A stretch of 64,000 nucleotides of DNA from an uncultured Gemmatimonadaceae bacterium (GTDB lineage Bacteria; Gemmatimonadota; Gemmatimonadetes; Gemmatimonadales; Gemmatimonadaceae): assembly GCA_963790305.1 (NCBI GenBank), contig CAWBOC010000005.1, positions 384,001 through 448,000 on the forward strand, in the 5' to 3' direction. This document shows, piece after piece, positions 44,352-56,186 of this stretch; within the stretch, counting starts at the first letter, position 1, and every line of letters starts with the position of its first letter. Position numbers and translations under genes: made by a program. A model generated the notes under the pieces. It searched no databases. It was not told the origin of the DNA and saw only the letters and a program-made list of their open reading frames with translations.

Positions 44352-45176
44352 ATGGGCACCGCGCTCGCACTTTCGATAGGGCTCCTCGCCGGAGCGCACA
44401 CGTCCACGTGGGGGATGTTCAAGGACGCGCCGCACGAGGGATTCACGTACGCCAAATACGTGCGCTCGATTCTTCTCGCCGCGGTGGTCGCGGTCGTCAC
44501 CCATCGCGTCACCGCGCTCGACCTCACGAACTGGTCGCACGCGGTGGTGTTTTTCGGGATGGTGTACGTGATCGAGCGCGCGATCACGGAGTTCTGGAAG
44601 ACGTTTCTCCGGGTGGAGGATCAGTCGAAGTACTTCATCCCGATGCAGTTCCACGTGAAGGGCACCGTCGTACACGACCGGAAGGTGCAGCTGCTCGCCG
44701 GCGCTGGGTGGCTCGCCGCCGTGTTGCTCATCGTCTACGGCATCACGTGGGCGCAGCGGAACGTCAGCCTGCCGACGTGGCTGGTGATCGTCGCCATCGG
44801 CGGGATTGGAGGCTGGATCTCGGCGTTCGGCGGCGCCTGGAAGGATGCCCCAATCGAGGGATTTGAAACCTTCAAATTCTTTCGGAGCCCAGGGATCGCA
44901 GCGTTCTTCGCGCTTCTGCTCGCGTGCTTCACCGACAACTGGCTGTATCTGGCGCTGGCCGCCGAGGGGTATACGGTCGCGTCCATCGAGACCTACAAGA
45001 CCTTCTTCCATCCGAACAAGCCTCGCGGGAAGTGGGCGGGCAAGCCCATGCCGTACAATGACATGCTGAAGAAGCAATGGAAGTTCGTGCCGATTTACAT
45101 TCTCGTCTGGATCTTCATCATTGCCGGCTTCGTTCTGGGCTACGCGGGCCCGCATCGCGGGTTGCTGTGTCGGTAG
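44352..45176 (+). CDS. integral membrane protein with two-fold internal repeat
   Basis: Repeated G..KDAP.EGF...K..RS and E..KTF motifs; multiple TMs. Confidence 0.85.
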   Translation: MGTALALSIGLLAGAHTSTWGMFKDAPHEGFTYAKYVRSILLAAVVAVVTHRVTALDLTNWSHAVVFFGMVYVIERAITEFWKTFLRVEDQSKYFIPMQFHVKGTVVHDRKVQLLAGAGWLAAVLLIVYGITWAQRNVSLPTWLVIVAIGGIGGWISAFGGAWKDAPIEGFETFKFFRSPGIAAFFALLLACFTDNWLYLALAAEGYTVASIETYKTFFHPNKPRGKWAGKPMPYNDMLKKQWKFVPIYILVWIFIIAGFVLGYAGPHRGLLCR

Positions 45177-45182
45177 GGGCGC

Positions 45183-45533
45183 ATGACGTTCTCGGTGCAG
45201 ATCTTTGGCACGCGGAAGAGCTCCGACACACGAAAGGCGCAGCGTTTCTTCGCTGAGCGACGGATTCAGGTGCACTTCGTCGATCTGATGGAGCGTGCGG
45301 CGTCGCTGGGGGAGCTACGTCGTTTCGCGCAGAAGTTCGGGGTGCGCGCCCTGATCGATCCGGAGGCCAAGCGGTACCGCGAGCTGGGTCTCAGCGCCGC
45401 CGCGCGTTCCGACGAGCGATGGCTCGACCTGCTCGTCGACGAGCCGCTGCTCCTTCGAATGCCGCTCGTCAGACATGGCAATCAGCTGACGGTGGGCCTC
45501 GCCGAAGCGGAGTGGCGCGCGTGGACCGCGTGA
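45183..45533 (+). CDS. ArsC/Spx-like thioredoxin-fold protein lacking Cys
   Basis: QIFG......TRKA.RFF..R.I...FVDL, GEL..F, P.LLR.PLV. Confidence 0.85.
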   Translation: MTFSVQIFGTRKSSDTRKAQRFFAERRIQVHFVDLMERAASLGELRRFAQKFGVRALIDPEAKRYRELGLSAAARSDERWLDLLVDEPLLLRMPLVRHGNQLTVGLAEAEWRAWTA

Positions 45534-45543
45534 TCGCTCGCCC

Positions 45544-47496
<1,953 letters not shown>

Positions 47497-47497
47497 C

Positions 47498-48988
47498 TCA
47501 GAGCAGCCGCGATCCCAACACGAATACCGCGAGCACGACGACGAGCACCGCCACGACGTCGAGGAGCAGGCCTGCTCGGACCATCTGACGGACCGTGATC
47601 TTGCCTGACCCGAACACGATGATGTTCGGGGCTGTCGCCGTCGGAAGCGCGAAGCCAGCAGACGCCACCAGCGTGGTGAGCAGCATCAGCGTAACACGCG
47701 GCTGTCCGACGGCGTCGGCGAGCGACGCGACAATGGGCATGGCCATCGCGGCCACCGTCGTATTCGAGGCAAGCTCGGTGAGCAGCAGGATGATCGCCGC
47801 GACGCCGAAAAAAATGCCGATCGTCGGCCACCCCGCGAAACCGGTCATGAGGTTTCCGAGCCAGGCTGCAACACCCTGCGCTTCCATCGCCGTCGCGAAC
47901 GAGAAGCCGCCGCCGTAGATCAGCAATACCTCCCATGGAATTCCACGCGCTTCGTTCCAGGTGAGGACCGGGTGCCGTTTTCCGTCCGGCGCACGTGCGG
48001 CGATGATGAACATCGCGAGCGCTCCGATCAATCCGACGGAGGCATCCGTCAGCCGCGGTATGAGATCCGTCAGGCCGGGAACACGCACGACACCCAAATC
48101 CTTCGGCTCGCGGATCACCCATGCGACAGCGGTGGCGGCGAAAATCGTCAGGGCGGCACGTTCGGCGCCCTTGAGGGGTCCGAGGGCCTCGCGCTTGAGT
48201 CGCAACTCCTCGCGTGCCGCATCGGTGAAGGTCACGCGCCCTGGAAACAACGCCATGAGCAGCAGCCAGCAGAGGGGGAGCAGTATCGCGACCACCGGAA
48301 GGCCGATCGCCATGAAGCTGACGAAATCGACCTCCGCGCCGGCCAGCTCCCGCGCCGCTCCCGCAAAGATGAGATTCGGTGGCGTGCCGATGAGCGTTCC
48401 CATTCCGCCGATCGACGCGGCGTACGCGATCCCGAGCATGAGCGCCGTTCGCAGATTGTCGGCATCCTTCGATGCGCCAAACAGGGCGCCAACCGCCAGC
48501 GCGATCGGGTACATCATCGCCGTCGTCGCGGTGTTCGAGATCCAGAGCGATATGAAGGCGGTAGCGAGCATGACGCCGAACACGACCCGCCGCCCACCGG
48601 ATGTGCCCACCGTTCCGACGATCGTGTAGGCAACGCGCGCATGCGCATTCCACCGTTCGAGCGCCGCGGCGAGCATGAACCCGGCGAGAAACAGGAAGAT
48701 GAACTCGTTCGCGTACGGCGTGGCTGCCTCACGAGGCGTCGCGACTCCGAGTACAGGGAAGAGCACGAGCGGGAGGAGCGCCGTCGCGCCGAGCGGAATC
48801 GGGCCGGTCAGCCACCAGACCGTCATCCACGCGGCCACGCCCAGGACGCGAGCGCCCGCGGGGGTGAGTTCCGCGGGCGCGAGCCAGGTGATGGCGAGGA
48901 AAATGAGCGGCCCGGCGGCGAGGGCGACGAGCCGGGCAACGCCTGGCGTGTCGAGGAGAGCCTCGGACTCCCGGCGCTCAGCGGCCAC
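47498..48988 (-). CDS. DASS/SLC13 sodium:dicarboxylate or sulfate symporter
   Basis: SLWISNTAT, ASIGGMGTLIGTPPN, TELASNT, ATAPN. Confidence 0.94.
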   Translation of the reverse strand: MAAERRESEALLDTPGVARLVALAAGPLIFLAITWLAPAELTPAGARVLGVAAWMTVWWLTGPIPLGATALLPLVLFPVLGVATPREAATPYANEFIFLFLAGFMLAAALERWNAHARVAYTIVGTVGTSGGRRVVFGVMLATAFISLWISNTATTAMMYPIALAVGALFGASKDADNLRTALMLGIAYAASIGGMGTLIGTPPNLIFAGAARELAGAEVDFVSFMAIGLPVVAILLPLCWLLLMALFPGRVTFTDAAREELRLKREALGPLKGAERAALTIFAATAVAWVIREPKDLGVVRVPGLTDLIPRLTDASVGLIGALAMFIIAARAPDGKRHPVLTWNEARGIPWEVLLIYGGGFSFATAMEAQGVAAWLGNLMTGFAGWPTIGIFFGVAAIILLLTELASNTTVAAMAMPIVASLADAVGQPRVTLMLLTTLVASAGFALPTATAPNIIVFGSGKITVRQMVRAGLLLDVVAVLVVVLAVFVLGSRLL

Positions 48989-49002
48989 GCGTGCCGCGGG
49001 GA

Positions 49003-49791
49003 CTACGCGATGATGCTGCTGGCCTCACGCTCGCGGCGATGATCGCGCGCGGCCGTCGTGAACGCCTCGAAGAGTCGCCGCGTGAGCGGATCCTTGTCGA
49101 GAAGAACCTCTGGATGCCACTGCACCGCGAGGAGGAACTGATCACCACGGAGCTCGATTGCCTCGATGAGCCCATCCGGGGCAGTCGCTGACACGACGAA
49201 GCCTTTGGCCAGGTCGCGAATGCCCTGGTGGTGCATGCTGTTCACCTGACGCTCGCCTGAGCCCACGATCTCGGCCAGGTGCGTGCCTTCGCGGACGGTC
49301 ACGGAGTGCGCGAGATGATCTCGCGCGTAGCCGTCGCGGAATGGGAAGTAGTCGTGCTTAATGGACGTCGGCCGCTGCGACGCGAGATCCTGCCAGAGCG
49401 TTCCACCACCGGCGAGATTGACGAGCTGCAGGCCGCGACAGACGCCGAGTACGGGCTTGCGATCCCGCAACGCCCATTCGGTGAGAATCAGCTCGACGCG
49501 GTCGCGCGCCGAATCGGATCGGTCGCAGTTCGGGTGGCGGTGCTCGCCATACATGGCCGGGTCGATGTCCGCTCCGCCGGGCAGAAAGACTCCATCGAGC
49601 TCGTCGTAAATACCGCGCAACGTGTCGGTGTCGTCCGGGAGGAGCGGAATCATCCACGGGATTCCGCCCGTGCCCGTGAGCGCCTGGATGTAGCGCTGGC
49701 TCATGGCCCACGACGGCGGAAAATCAGCTGGAATCCCCCCAAAGCTCTGCAAGCCCTGCGTGGGGATCCCGATTATGGGGCGTTTTGACAT
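49003..49791 (-). CDS. gamma-glutamyl hydrolase, PuuD-like (peptidase C26)
   Basis: PGGADIDP..YG, RD..E, GVCRG.Q, NSMHHQ, VQWHPE. Confidence 0.93.
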   Translation of the reverse strand: MSKRPIIGIPTQGLQSFGGIPADFPPSWAMSQRYIQALTGTGGIPWMIPLLPDDTDTLRGIYDELDGVFLPGGADIDPAMYGEHRHPNCDRSDSARDRVELILTEWALRDRKPVLGVCRGLQLVNLAGGGTLWQDLASQRPTSIKHDYFPFRDGYARDHLAHSVTVREGTHLAEIVGSGERQVNSMHHQGIRDLAKGFVVSATAPDGLIEAIELRGDQFLLAVQWHPEVLLDKDPLTRRLFEAFTTAARDHRREREASSIIA

Positions 49792-49843
49792 GGGAAACGG
49801 ATAAGGACTGCGCTCGGTGAGCCGCGGTAAAGATACCCCACCG

Positions 49844-51076
49844 CTAGGCAGGAAGCTCGCCAGTCACGTCTGACGCGCGAGCTGCGCCGAGGTCAAACCC
49901 ACGGACGTCACCCAGGCCATCGCCGCGACCCTCCGCGGGCACATTCGCCTGACGCTCGCTAGGCGACGCGGTTCGTACGCCCTCCTCAGTCTCGCGGATG
50001 AGCTGATCGACCACCGCCTGGAAGTTCCCCGTACGCTGATACGTGGCGAGTTGACGGTCGGCGCTCGTCCCTTCGTCGAGAATCCGGAAAGCGTACTCGA
50101 CCTCCTTCCGGCTTCCCAGGTCATCGACCACGTCATCGATGAACCACTCGATCATCTCCCGGATGAGCGCCCGCGCTGGAAGGTCGAGCTGCTTGCCGAA
50201 ATCGATGAGCTTTCCATCGAGACCGAACCGGGCTGCCCGCCACTTGTTCTCTTCAATGAGCGTCTGCGGGTAGACGCGGAACGTCATGTTGTCGCGGCGG
50301 AGCTTCCAGAGCTTGGCCACGACGGCCTGGAGGATCGCGGCGATGCACACGGCCTCATCGACGCGGGTGCACACATCGCAAACGCGGAACTCGAGCGTCG
50401 GGAACTTGTGATGCGGTCGCACGTCCCACCAAATCTTCGAGCCGTCAGGGATGCTGTTCGTCTTCACGAGTGACTCGAGCAGCGACTGGTAGCTCGCGTA
50501 CGAGTCCATGACCGGCGGCACACCCGTCCGGGGGAAGTTCTTGAAGACGACGCTGCGATACGACTTCAACCCGGTGTTGCGTCCCATCCAGAAGGGGGAG
50601 CTCGTCGAGAGGCAGAGGACGTGCGGGAGCAGGTAGCGCGACACGTTCATCGTGTCGATCAGGAAATCACGATCCTCGATGCCGATGTGGACATGCGTGC
50701 CAAAAATGAGAAGCTGCTGGGCCAGGTCGGCGAGGTCCTGCTTGACACCGATGTAACGCTCGAGCGGCGTGATCTCCTGCGTAATCCAGGAGGAGAAGGG
50801 GTGCGTCCCGGCGGCGACGATGCGCAGGTCCTTTCGTGCCGCGAGATCCATGACGATGCGGCGCAAGCGGACGAGCTCACTGCGCGCCTCGGCGGGCGTC
50901 CGGCAGACTTTCGTGCCGATCTCGACCATCGACTGGTGCAGCTCGGGCTTCACCTCCTCGAGGACGAGGTGGTCCCCCTCGAGAATCTCGGTGATGTAGG
51001 AGCGCAGCTCCCGCGTCCGCGGGTCGATGATCTGGTACTCTTCCTCGATGCCTAACGTCAGAGAGGGAGGTTGCAT
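49844..51076 (-). CDS. carboxylate-amine ligase, YbdK/GCS2 family
   Basis: [30 protein letters not shown]....TLEFRVCD. Confidence 0.95.
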   Translation of the reverse strand: MQPPSLTLGIEEEYQIIDPRTRELRSYITEILEGDHLVLEEVKPELHQSMVEIGTKVCRTPAEARSELVRLRRIVMDLAARKDLRIVAAGTHPFSSWITQEITPLERYIGVKQDLADLAQQLLIFGTHVHIGIEDRDFLIDTMNVSRYLLPHVLCLSTSSPFWMGRNTGLKSYRSVVFKNFPRTGVPPVMDSYASYQSLLESLVKTNSIPDGSKIWWDVRPHHKFPTLEFRVCDVCTRVDEAVCIAAILQAVVAKLWKLRRDNMTFRVYPQTLIEENKWRAARFGLDGKLIDFGKQLDLPARALIREMIEWFIDDVVDDLGSRKEVEYAFRILDEGTSADRQLATYQRTGNFQAVVDQLIRETEEGVRTASPSERQANVPAEGRGDGLGDVRGFDLGAARASDVTGELPA

Positions 51077-51090
51077 ATGGGCTCAGGGTG

Positions 51091-52485
51091 CTAGCGCTTC
51101 TCCACGAGCATGGTCGGTACCGACGATCCGCCCCCCGCCGTCACGTTGAGCAGCGCGGCCGTGGAGAGGCGAGTGAGGCAACCGTCGACGTACTGGCCGT
51201 ACACGACGTACGGTGCGGTATCCAGCATGCGGTCCGCCACGATGAGCCGCCCGTCTACCACGCTGGGATATGGCTCGCTCGGCAGCGATACCCGCTCCTG
51301 CACGATGTATGGCTCCCGCAGGGCGGTGCGCAATGCCTCGGCCCACGCGGCATCGTTTACCTCCCACCCGAGAACGATTCCCTTCCCTCCGTATTCGTCA
51401 TTGGGCTTGAGGACGAGCTGATCCTTGTGCTCGGCGATGAACTCCACGAGGTCGACGGCGGTGTCGTCGTGCGTCGTGCGCCGCTCCTCGACGACCCGGG
51501 TCCACGGGACATTCGCCGCGATCACCTCGCGTTCCTGCGGTGTGAAGAGCGCTGCGTTGCGCTCGTCGGTGAGCACGGCCAAACTCGCCTTCTTGTGAAG
51601 GATCTTGCAGGCGAACGGATTCACCATGCAGACGGCGCGCTCACGCACCGCACGGACGACCGCATGGTCAATTCCGCCGCGCTCGACGAGCTCGCTGATG
51701 AGCACCCGCTTGTAAATGAGATCGACGGGCGCGCCATCGAACGTCAGCTTGCCACCGCGGAACTCGGCGTTCCGCGGGTCGACGACGACGCAGGGGATGC
51801 CCTGGCGCTCCGCGTACTCCTGAAACAGCGTGAACTCTCGACGCGTCGGCACATCGAGCCAGTCGAGGACCGCAATGCGAGGTGCGGCGCGCGTGCCCGA
51901 CCACGCCTCATAGGCGTCGAGGAGGGCGTGCAGCACGTTGTGACGTGCGGGGATGGGTCGGACGTCCCAACGCTTCACAAACTCTCGCATCGCCGGAAGC
52001 GCGTAGAACACCTCGGTCAGAACGTCGTTGAACGACGGGCCGGCCGGGGTCTCGGCGTTGTACTCGGTGAAGCGGAGCCCGTCGTCTCCAGCGAAAAAGG
52101 CATCCAGTCGCGACACCGGGCTCGGCCAGGGAAACCCAGGGTCGTCGAGGACGAACTCTTCCTCCCACGGCGTCAGGCGGAACTGCGCGCGTACCGTGCG
52201 GTCAGCGATGGCAGCTGCGTGAGCGCGCCCGAATGCGCCCATGAGCGCCCCGGCTCGTCGCTGAAGAAGCCGATACTGGGCCGGCGCCATGAAGCGCGGC
52301 CGCAGCACGGTGCATAACGGGCGGGCGCCGAAGAGGAGATCACGCCGGCGAATCTGCTCGTCGAGCACCGCCTGCGAGTCCGCGGCGACATCAGCGGTGA
52401 GGACGTCGTGATAGGCCTCGACGGCATCCCGCACGGGATCGGCGACCACGGCGGCGGCCGGCCGCGGAGCCGTTCCCGCCGTCAT
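51091..52485 (-). CDS. circularly permuted ATP-grasp ligase
   Basis: R.D...EYNAETPAG N-terminal to IYKR, LKPNDEYGGKG, IVQE, NV..GGG. Confidence 0.88.
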   Translation of the reverse strand: MTAGTAPRPAAAVVADPVRDAVEAYHDVLTADVAADSQAVLDEQIRRRDLLFGARPLCTVLRPRFMAPAQYRLLQRRAGALMGAFGRAHAAAIADRTVRAQFRLTPWEEEFVLDDPGFPWPSPVSRLDAFFAGDDGLRFTEYNAETPAGPSFNDVLTEVFYALPAMREFVKRWDVRPIPARHNVLHALLDAYEAWSGTRAAPRIAVLDWLDVPTRREFTLFQEYAERQGIPCVVVDPRNAEFRGGKLTFDGAPVDLIYKRVLISELVERGGIDHAVVRAVRERAVCMVNPFACKILHKKASLAVLTDERNAALFTPQEREVIAANVPWTRVVEERRTTHDDTAVDLVEFIAEHKDQLVLKPNDEYGGKGIVLGWEVNDAAWAEALRTALREPYIVQERVSLPSEPYPSVVDGRLIVADRMLDTAPYVVYGQYVDGCLTRLSTAALLNVTAGGGSSVPTMLVEKR

Positions 52486-53540
52486 GACGACTCCCGCGAC
52501 GGATGGGTGGGTCGCTTCTTCGAGGGCGCGGGAGTCAAGGCAGGGCTCACGGCGGGGCGAGCGGCAGCGCGGGGGATGTCCACCTCCCTGTCCGGATGGG
52601 CGATGGCGTCCAGCTCACGCCGCCCGAGCAGGAACTCGCCCCGACGAGGCTCACGCGCGGGGTGCGTCGTCTTGGCCAGCCGAATCGCAAGGTCGGCCAT
52701 TCTCGATACCGCCCACTCGAAGTAGTGCGGCGTGAGCGAATACACGTCCATGTCCGGCGCCGGATTCATGAAATCGATCGCGTACGGCACGCCGTCGCGC
52801 ACCGCCCACTCCATCGAGTTCATGTCGTAGCCAAGTGCCCTCACGAGCGTGAGTGAGTCATCGACGATGCGTTTGCCGAGCTCCGGTGAGAGATGCTCGT
52901 GCTCCACGAGATATTTGCGCTCACGCGGATCGTACTTCATCGGCAGCACATCGCGCTGACCGATCACCAGACAGCGGACGAAGTGTTCCCACTCGATGAA
53001 CTCCTGCACGATCATCGTGAGGCGGCCGGACTGGTTGTAGCTCTGCAGAAGCTCGTCCACCGTCCGGCACACGTAGACGTCGCGCCATCCCCCACCATGG
53101 GCATCCTTGAGGATGCAGGGCATGCCGACGTAGTCGACGATGGCCTTCCAGTCGAGCGGGTATTGCAGGTTGCGGAGACTCTCGTCGTGGATGATTCCCG
53201 GAATGTATTCCTTGTTGGGCAGCGCCACCGTTCGAGGGCTGGCGACGCCGAGCTTCGTGGCGAGTGCCGCCCCGAAGAGCTTGTCGTCCGCCGACCACAT
53301 GAACGGGTTGTTGACGACCGTCGCTCCCTGAAGGGCGGCGTACTTGAGGTACGTCCGGTAGTACGGGACCTCGTGCGAGATACGGTCGATGATGACGGAG
53401 TACGGCACGGGGTCATCCATACACGTGCCGCCCAGCGTCACGAACTCAGCCTCGACGCCCACGTCGCGGCGCCGAATCTCGTCGATGAAGGCCGGCGGGA
53501 AGGACCATTCGCGGCCAACGAGGAGGCCAATCTTTGTCAT
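52482..53540 (-). CDS. RimK-like ATP-grasp ligase
   Basis: IDRISH, VNNP....DDK, LK...GGGWRDV, QEFI, E......PYAIDFMNP. Confidence 0.88.
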   Translation of the reverse strand: MTKIGLLVGREWSFPPAFIDEIRRRDVGVEAEFVTLGGTCMDDPVPYSVIIDRISHEVPYYRTYLKYAALQGATVVNNPFMWSADDKLFGAALATKLGVASPRTVALPNKEYIPGIIHDESLRNLQYPLDWKAIVDYVGMPCILKDAHGGGWRDVYVCRTVDELLQSYNQSGRLTMIVQEFIEWEHFVRCLVIGQRDVLPMKYDPRERKYLVEHEHLSPELGKRIVDDSLTLVRALGYDMNSMEWAVRDGVPYAIDFMNPAPDMDVYSLTPHYFEWAVSRMADLAIRLAKTTHPAREPRRGEFLLGRRELDAIAHPDREVDIPRAAARPAVSPALTPAPSKKRPTHPSRESS

Positions 53541-53594
53541 AGCGAGTACCCCGTTAGAGCTAGCTACGGAACTGCGAGCAGCTCGCAGTCGGCT

Positions 53595-54314
53595 TTAGTC
53601 GTGCCCGCTGATGTACTTGGTCACCATGTGGTGCCAGTACGGCCAGTCGTGCGCCCATCCATCCCAGATTCGCAGCGCATGCCAAATGTCCTTCGAGGAC
53701 AGCACGCGCGAGAGCCACTCGTTGTTGGCGCGCATGGGGTCGTCGCGCCCGATGGCAATGATTATGTCGATTCGGCGCAGCGCCGCCAGACGTGCCGGGT
53801 CGTGTTCGTTCTGGAGGAAGTCGGTCGGACAATTGAAATAGATCGCCTCGTTCGACCACCCGTCCGTTTGCTCCTTGATGTCGTACATCCCGCTCATACC
53901 CAGCACGCGTCCCACGAGCGTCGGGTGGCGAAAGGCGAAATTCGCGGCGTGGTACGCTCCGAAGCTCGCTCCCGTGGTAATGAGAAACGGATTCGGGTTC
54001 CGGTGCGCGGACAGGGGGAGTACCTCGTTGATGAGATAGTGCTCGAAGTCGAGGTGCCGCCGGGCCCGGTCTGCCGGATGCCGGTGCCTGGAGTACCAGC
54101 TCTCGTCGTCGACGCTGTCGACGCACCACAGCTGCAGCCATCCGCGCTCCAGCGGCTCGGCCAGCGCGCCGATCATGCCACGGTCCTCCCACTCGTAGAA
54201 GCGGCCCATCGATGTGGGGAACACGAGCGCGCGTGCCCCGCCGTGACCGAACTGGAGAAGCTCCATGTCTCGGCCAAGCGATGGGCTATGCCAGCGGTGG
54301 TGTTCGCGATGCAT
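53595..54314 (-). CDS. alpha/beta-fold esterase
   Basis: W.SP.L.RDM, FGH.G, FPTS.G...E, GASFG (GxSxG), HDW..W. Confidence 0.9.
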   Translation of the reverse strand: MHREHHRWHSPSLGRDMELLQFGHGGARALVFPTSMGRFYEWEDRGMIGALAEPLERGWLQLWCVDSVDDESWYSRHRHPADRARRHLDFEHYLINEVLPLSAHRNPNPFLITTGASFGAYHAANFAFRHPTLVGRVLGMSGMYDIKEQTDGWSNEAIYFNCPTDFLQNEHDPARLAALRRIDIIIAIGRDDPMRANNEWLSRVLSSKDIWHALRIWDGWAHDWPYWHHMVTKYISGHD

Positions 54315-54339
54315 GCTGTTCTTGGGGAAACGGGGACAC

Positions 54340-55143
54340 TCAGCCGCGCACCGGAAACAGGAAGCGCAACACCCCCTCGACTCTGGTCGCCCACGACTGC
54401 TCGTTGTGCGCGCCACCCTCCGCCTCCAGGTAGGCGAGGTCCTGCCCTTCGACCCAACCCTTCCGAACGAGCGCATCGCGCAGCATGCGGGCGTCTCGCG
54501 CGACATCCTCCCCTTCGCCGGTCCCCGAGTCGAGCCAGATCCGGAGGGGTGGCTTGGACGTGAGCGCCTCGACGTCCTTCACAATCGCGCGATCGTTCCA
54601 CCACACCGAGGGGGACAGCACAGCCAGTCGATTGAAGACCGTAGCGAAGCGCAGCCCGAGGTGCAGCGTGAGGAGCCCGCCGAGCGAGGAGCCGCCAAGT
54701 CCGGTGTTCGAGGCGCTGCGGAGGGTGCGATACCGCCGATCGATGAAGGGCTTGATCTCCTGCACCAACATTCGCGCGTACCCGTCACCCTTGCCGCCCA
54801 TGTTCTTCTTCGGATCGCGCGTGGGTGTGTACTCGTCGATACGGCCGTGCCCTGCGTGGTATATGCCGACGATGATGATGGGCTCGATGGCCCCGGATTC
54901 GATCAACCGCTGCGCCGTCTCATCCACTGACCACTCCTGGCCCGTTGAGGACGTCGCGCGGTCAAACACGTTCTGGCCATCCTGCAGGTAGAGCACGGGG
55001 TAACGCCGTACGGTATCAGCGCGATATCCCGGGGGCCGGTATACGATCAGCGTGTGCTCGCTCGGAAGAAAACGCGAGCGAAACCGGGGGTGGCGCCCGA
55101 AATCCCCTGTGAGCGTGTGCTCCGGGGGATTCTGTGCATCCAC
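54340..55143 (-). CDS. alpha/beta-fold esterase (IroE/CE1-like)
   Basis: RYPVLY.QDGQN.FD, R..EYTP, GGSSLGG, H.E..W; start uncertain. Confidence 0.9.
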   Translation of the reverse strand: MDAQNPPEHTLTGDFGRHPRFRSRFLPSEHTLIVYRPPGYRADTVRRYPVLYLQDGQNVFDRATSSTGQEWSVDETAQRLIESGAIEPIIIVGIYHAGHGRIDEYTPTRDPKKNMGGKGDGYARMLVQEIKPFIDRRYRTLRSASNTGLGGSSLGGLLTLHLGLRFATVFNRLAVLSPSVWWNDRAIVKDVEALTSKPPLRIWLDSGTGEGEDVARDARMLRDALVRKGWVEGQDLAYLEAEGGAHNEQSWATRVEGVLRFLFPVRG

Positions 55144-55186
55144 GCTCTCGGGTTCCGTCTCCTCAGCGCGCGCGAGTGCGCGTTCG

Positions 55187-56137
55187 TCAGAACTCGCCAA
55201 TGAATCCGATCTCCGGTTCAATGCTCTGGTCGAAGCGCTCGCGAACAGCCTTCTGTGCCACACCGATCAGCTCGCGCACGTCACGCGCTGTGGCGCGTCC
55301 AAGGTTGACGATGATGTTCGCGTGAATGTGCGAGATCTGCGCGTCGCCGACGCGGTGCCCTTTGAGCCCGCACTGATCAATGAGACGACCCGCTCCCACC
55401 CCCTCGATCTTCTTGAAGATCGATCCAGCGCTGGGGTGGAACTGCAGCCAGGGATGCTTGCCCCCGCGCCAGCTCAGATTCTCCTGGAGGACCCGGTGCA
55501 TCACGGATTCGTCCCCAGGCTCGAGCTTGAAGGTCACGGCGAGCGCGACGTCGTTCCGGTGATGCAGGATGCTCGTATCGTAGCCGAATTGCATGTAATC
55601 CTTCGTGACCGTCTCGCGCTCGCCGTCGTGCGTGAGCAGCTCGCACGATTCGAAGATCTCTTCAATGAACATGGTGCGCTCGCGCGCTGGCGCCGGCGAG
55701 AGAAAGTGCAAGTTCTGCCACACGGCGCCCCCGACGGTGCTGGGGATCCCGACGTAGTGCTCGAGGCCGGATAGCCCGCGGCGAACCGCTTCGGGGATGA
55801 TATCGGCAACGATCGCGCCGCTCTCGGCGCGGAGCCGTCCGTCGTCGTCGAACGCGAAATGACGCGCGCGGTTGTGGATCACCAATCCCCGAAATCCCTT
55901 GTCGCCGACCAGGACGTTGGCGCCCAGTCCGAGGATGAAGTGCGGGACGCCGGCCTCGCGCGCCGCGAGGATCCCTCGGGCGAGCTCGTCAGCGGTGTAC
56001 GCGGCGTACAAGAGATCGGCGGGACCGCCGATCCGAAATGTCGTCAGAGGTCCCAGCGGAACGTCCCGCTCGAGATGGTCGGGATCGAGGCGAGCGACGA
56101 GCGCGTCCGTCGCGCTACGTCTTCCAGTCTTCGTCAT
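55187..56137 (-). CDS. murB: UDP-N-acetylenolpyruvoylglucosamine reductase
   Basis: TTFRIGGPAD, G.GANVL, GLE...GIP.TVGG, SAGSIFK, HAN.IVN, EPE. Confidence 0.95.
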   Translation of the reverse strand: MTKTGRRSATDALVARLDPDHLERDVPLGPLTTFRIGGPADLLYAAYTADELARGILAAREAGVPHFILGLGANVLVGDKGFRGLVIHNRARHFAFDDDGRLRAESGAIVADIIPEAVRRGLSGLEHYVGIPSTVGGAVWQNLHFLSPAPARERTMFIEEIFESCELLTHDGERETVTKDYMQFGYDTSILHHRNDVALAVTFKLEPGDESVMHRVLQENLSWRGGKHPWLQFHPSAGSIFKKIEGVGAGRLIDQCGLKGHRVGDAQISHIHANIIVNLGRATARDVRELIGVAQKAVRERFDQSIEPEIGFIGEF

Positions 56138-56186
56138 GGGAAGGAAAGGAAACCGGGATGGCCCACCATCGCCAGCCGAGCGATCG

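Noticed and set aside
52893..54563. 556-aa plus-strand ORF
   Set aside because: Antisense shadow of the ATP-grasp and esterase genes
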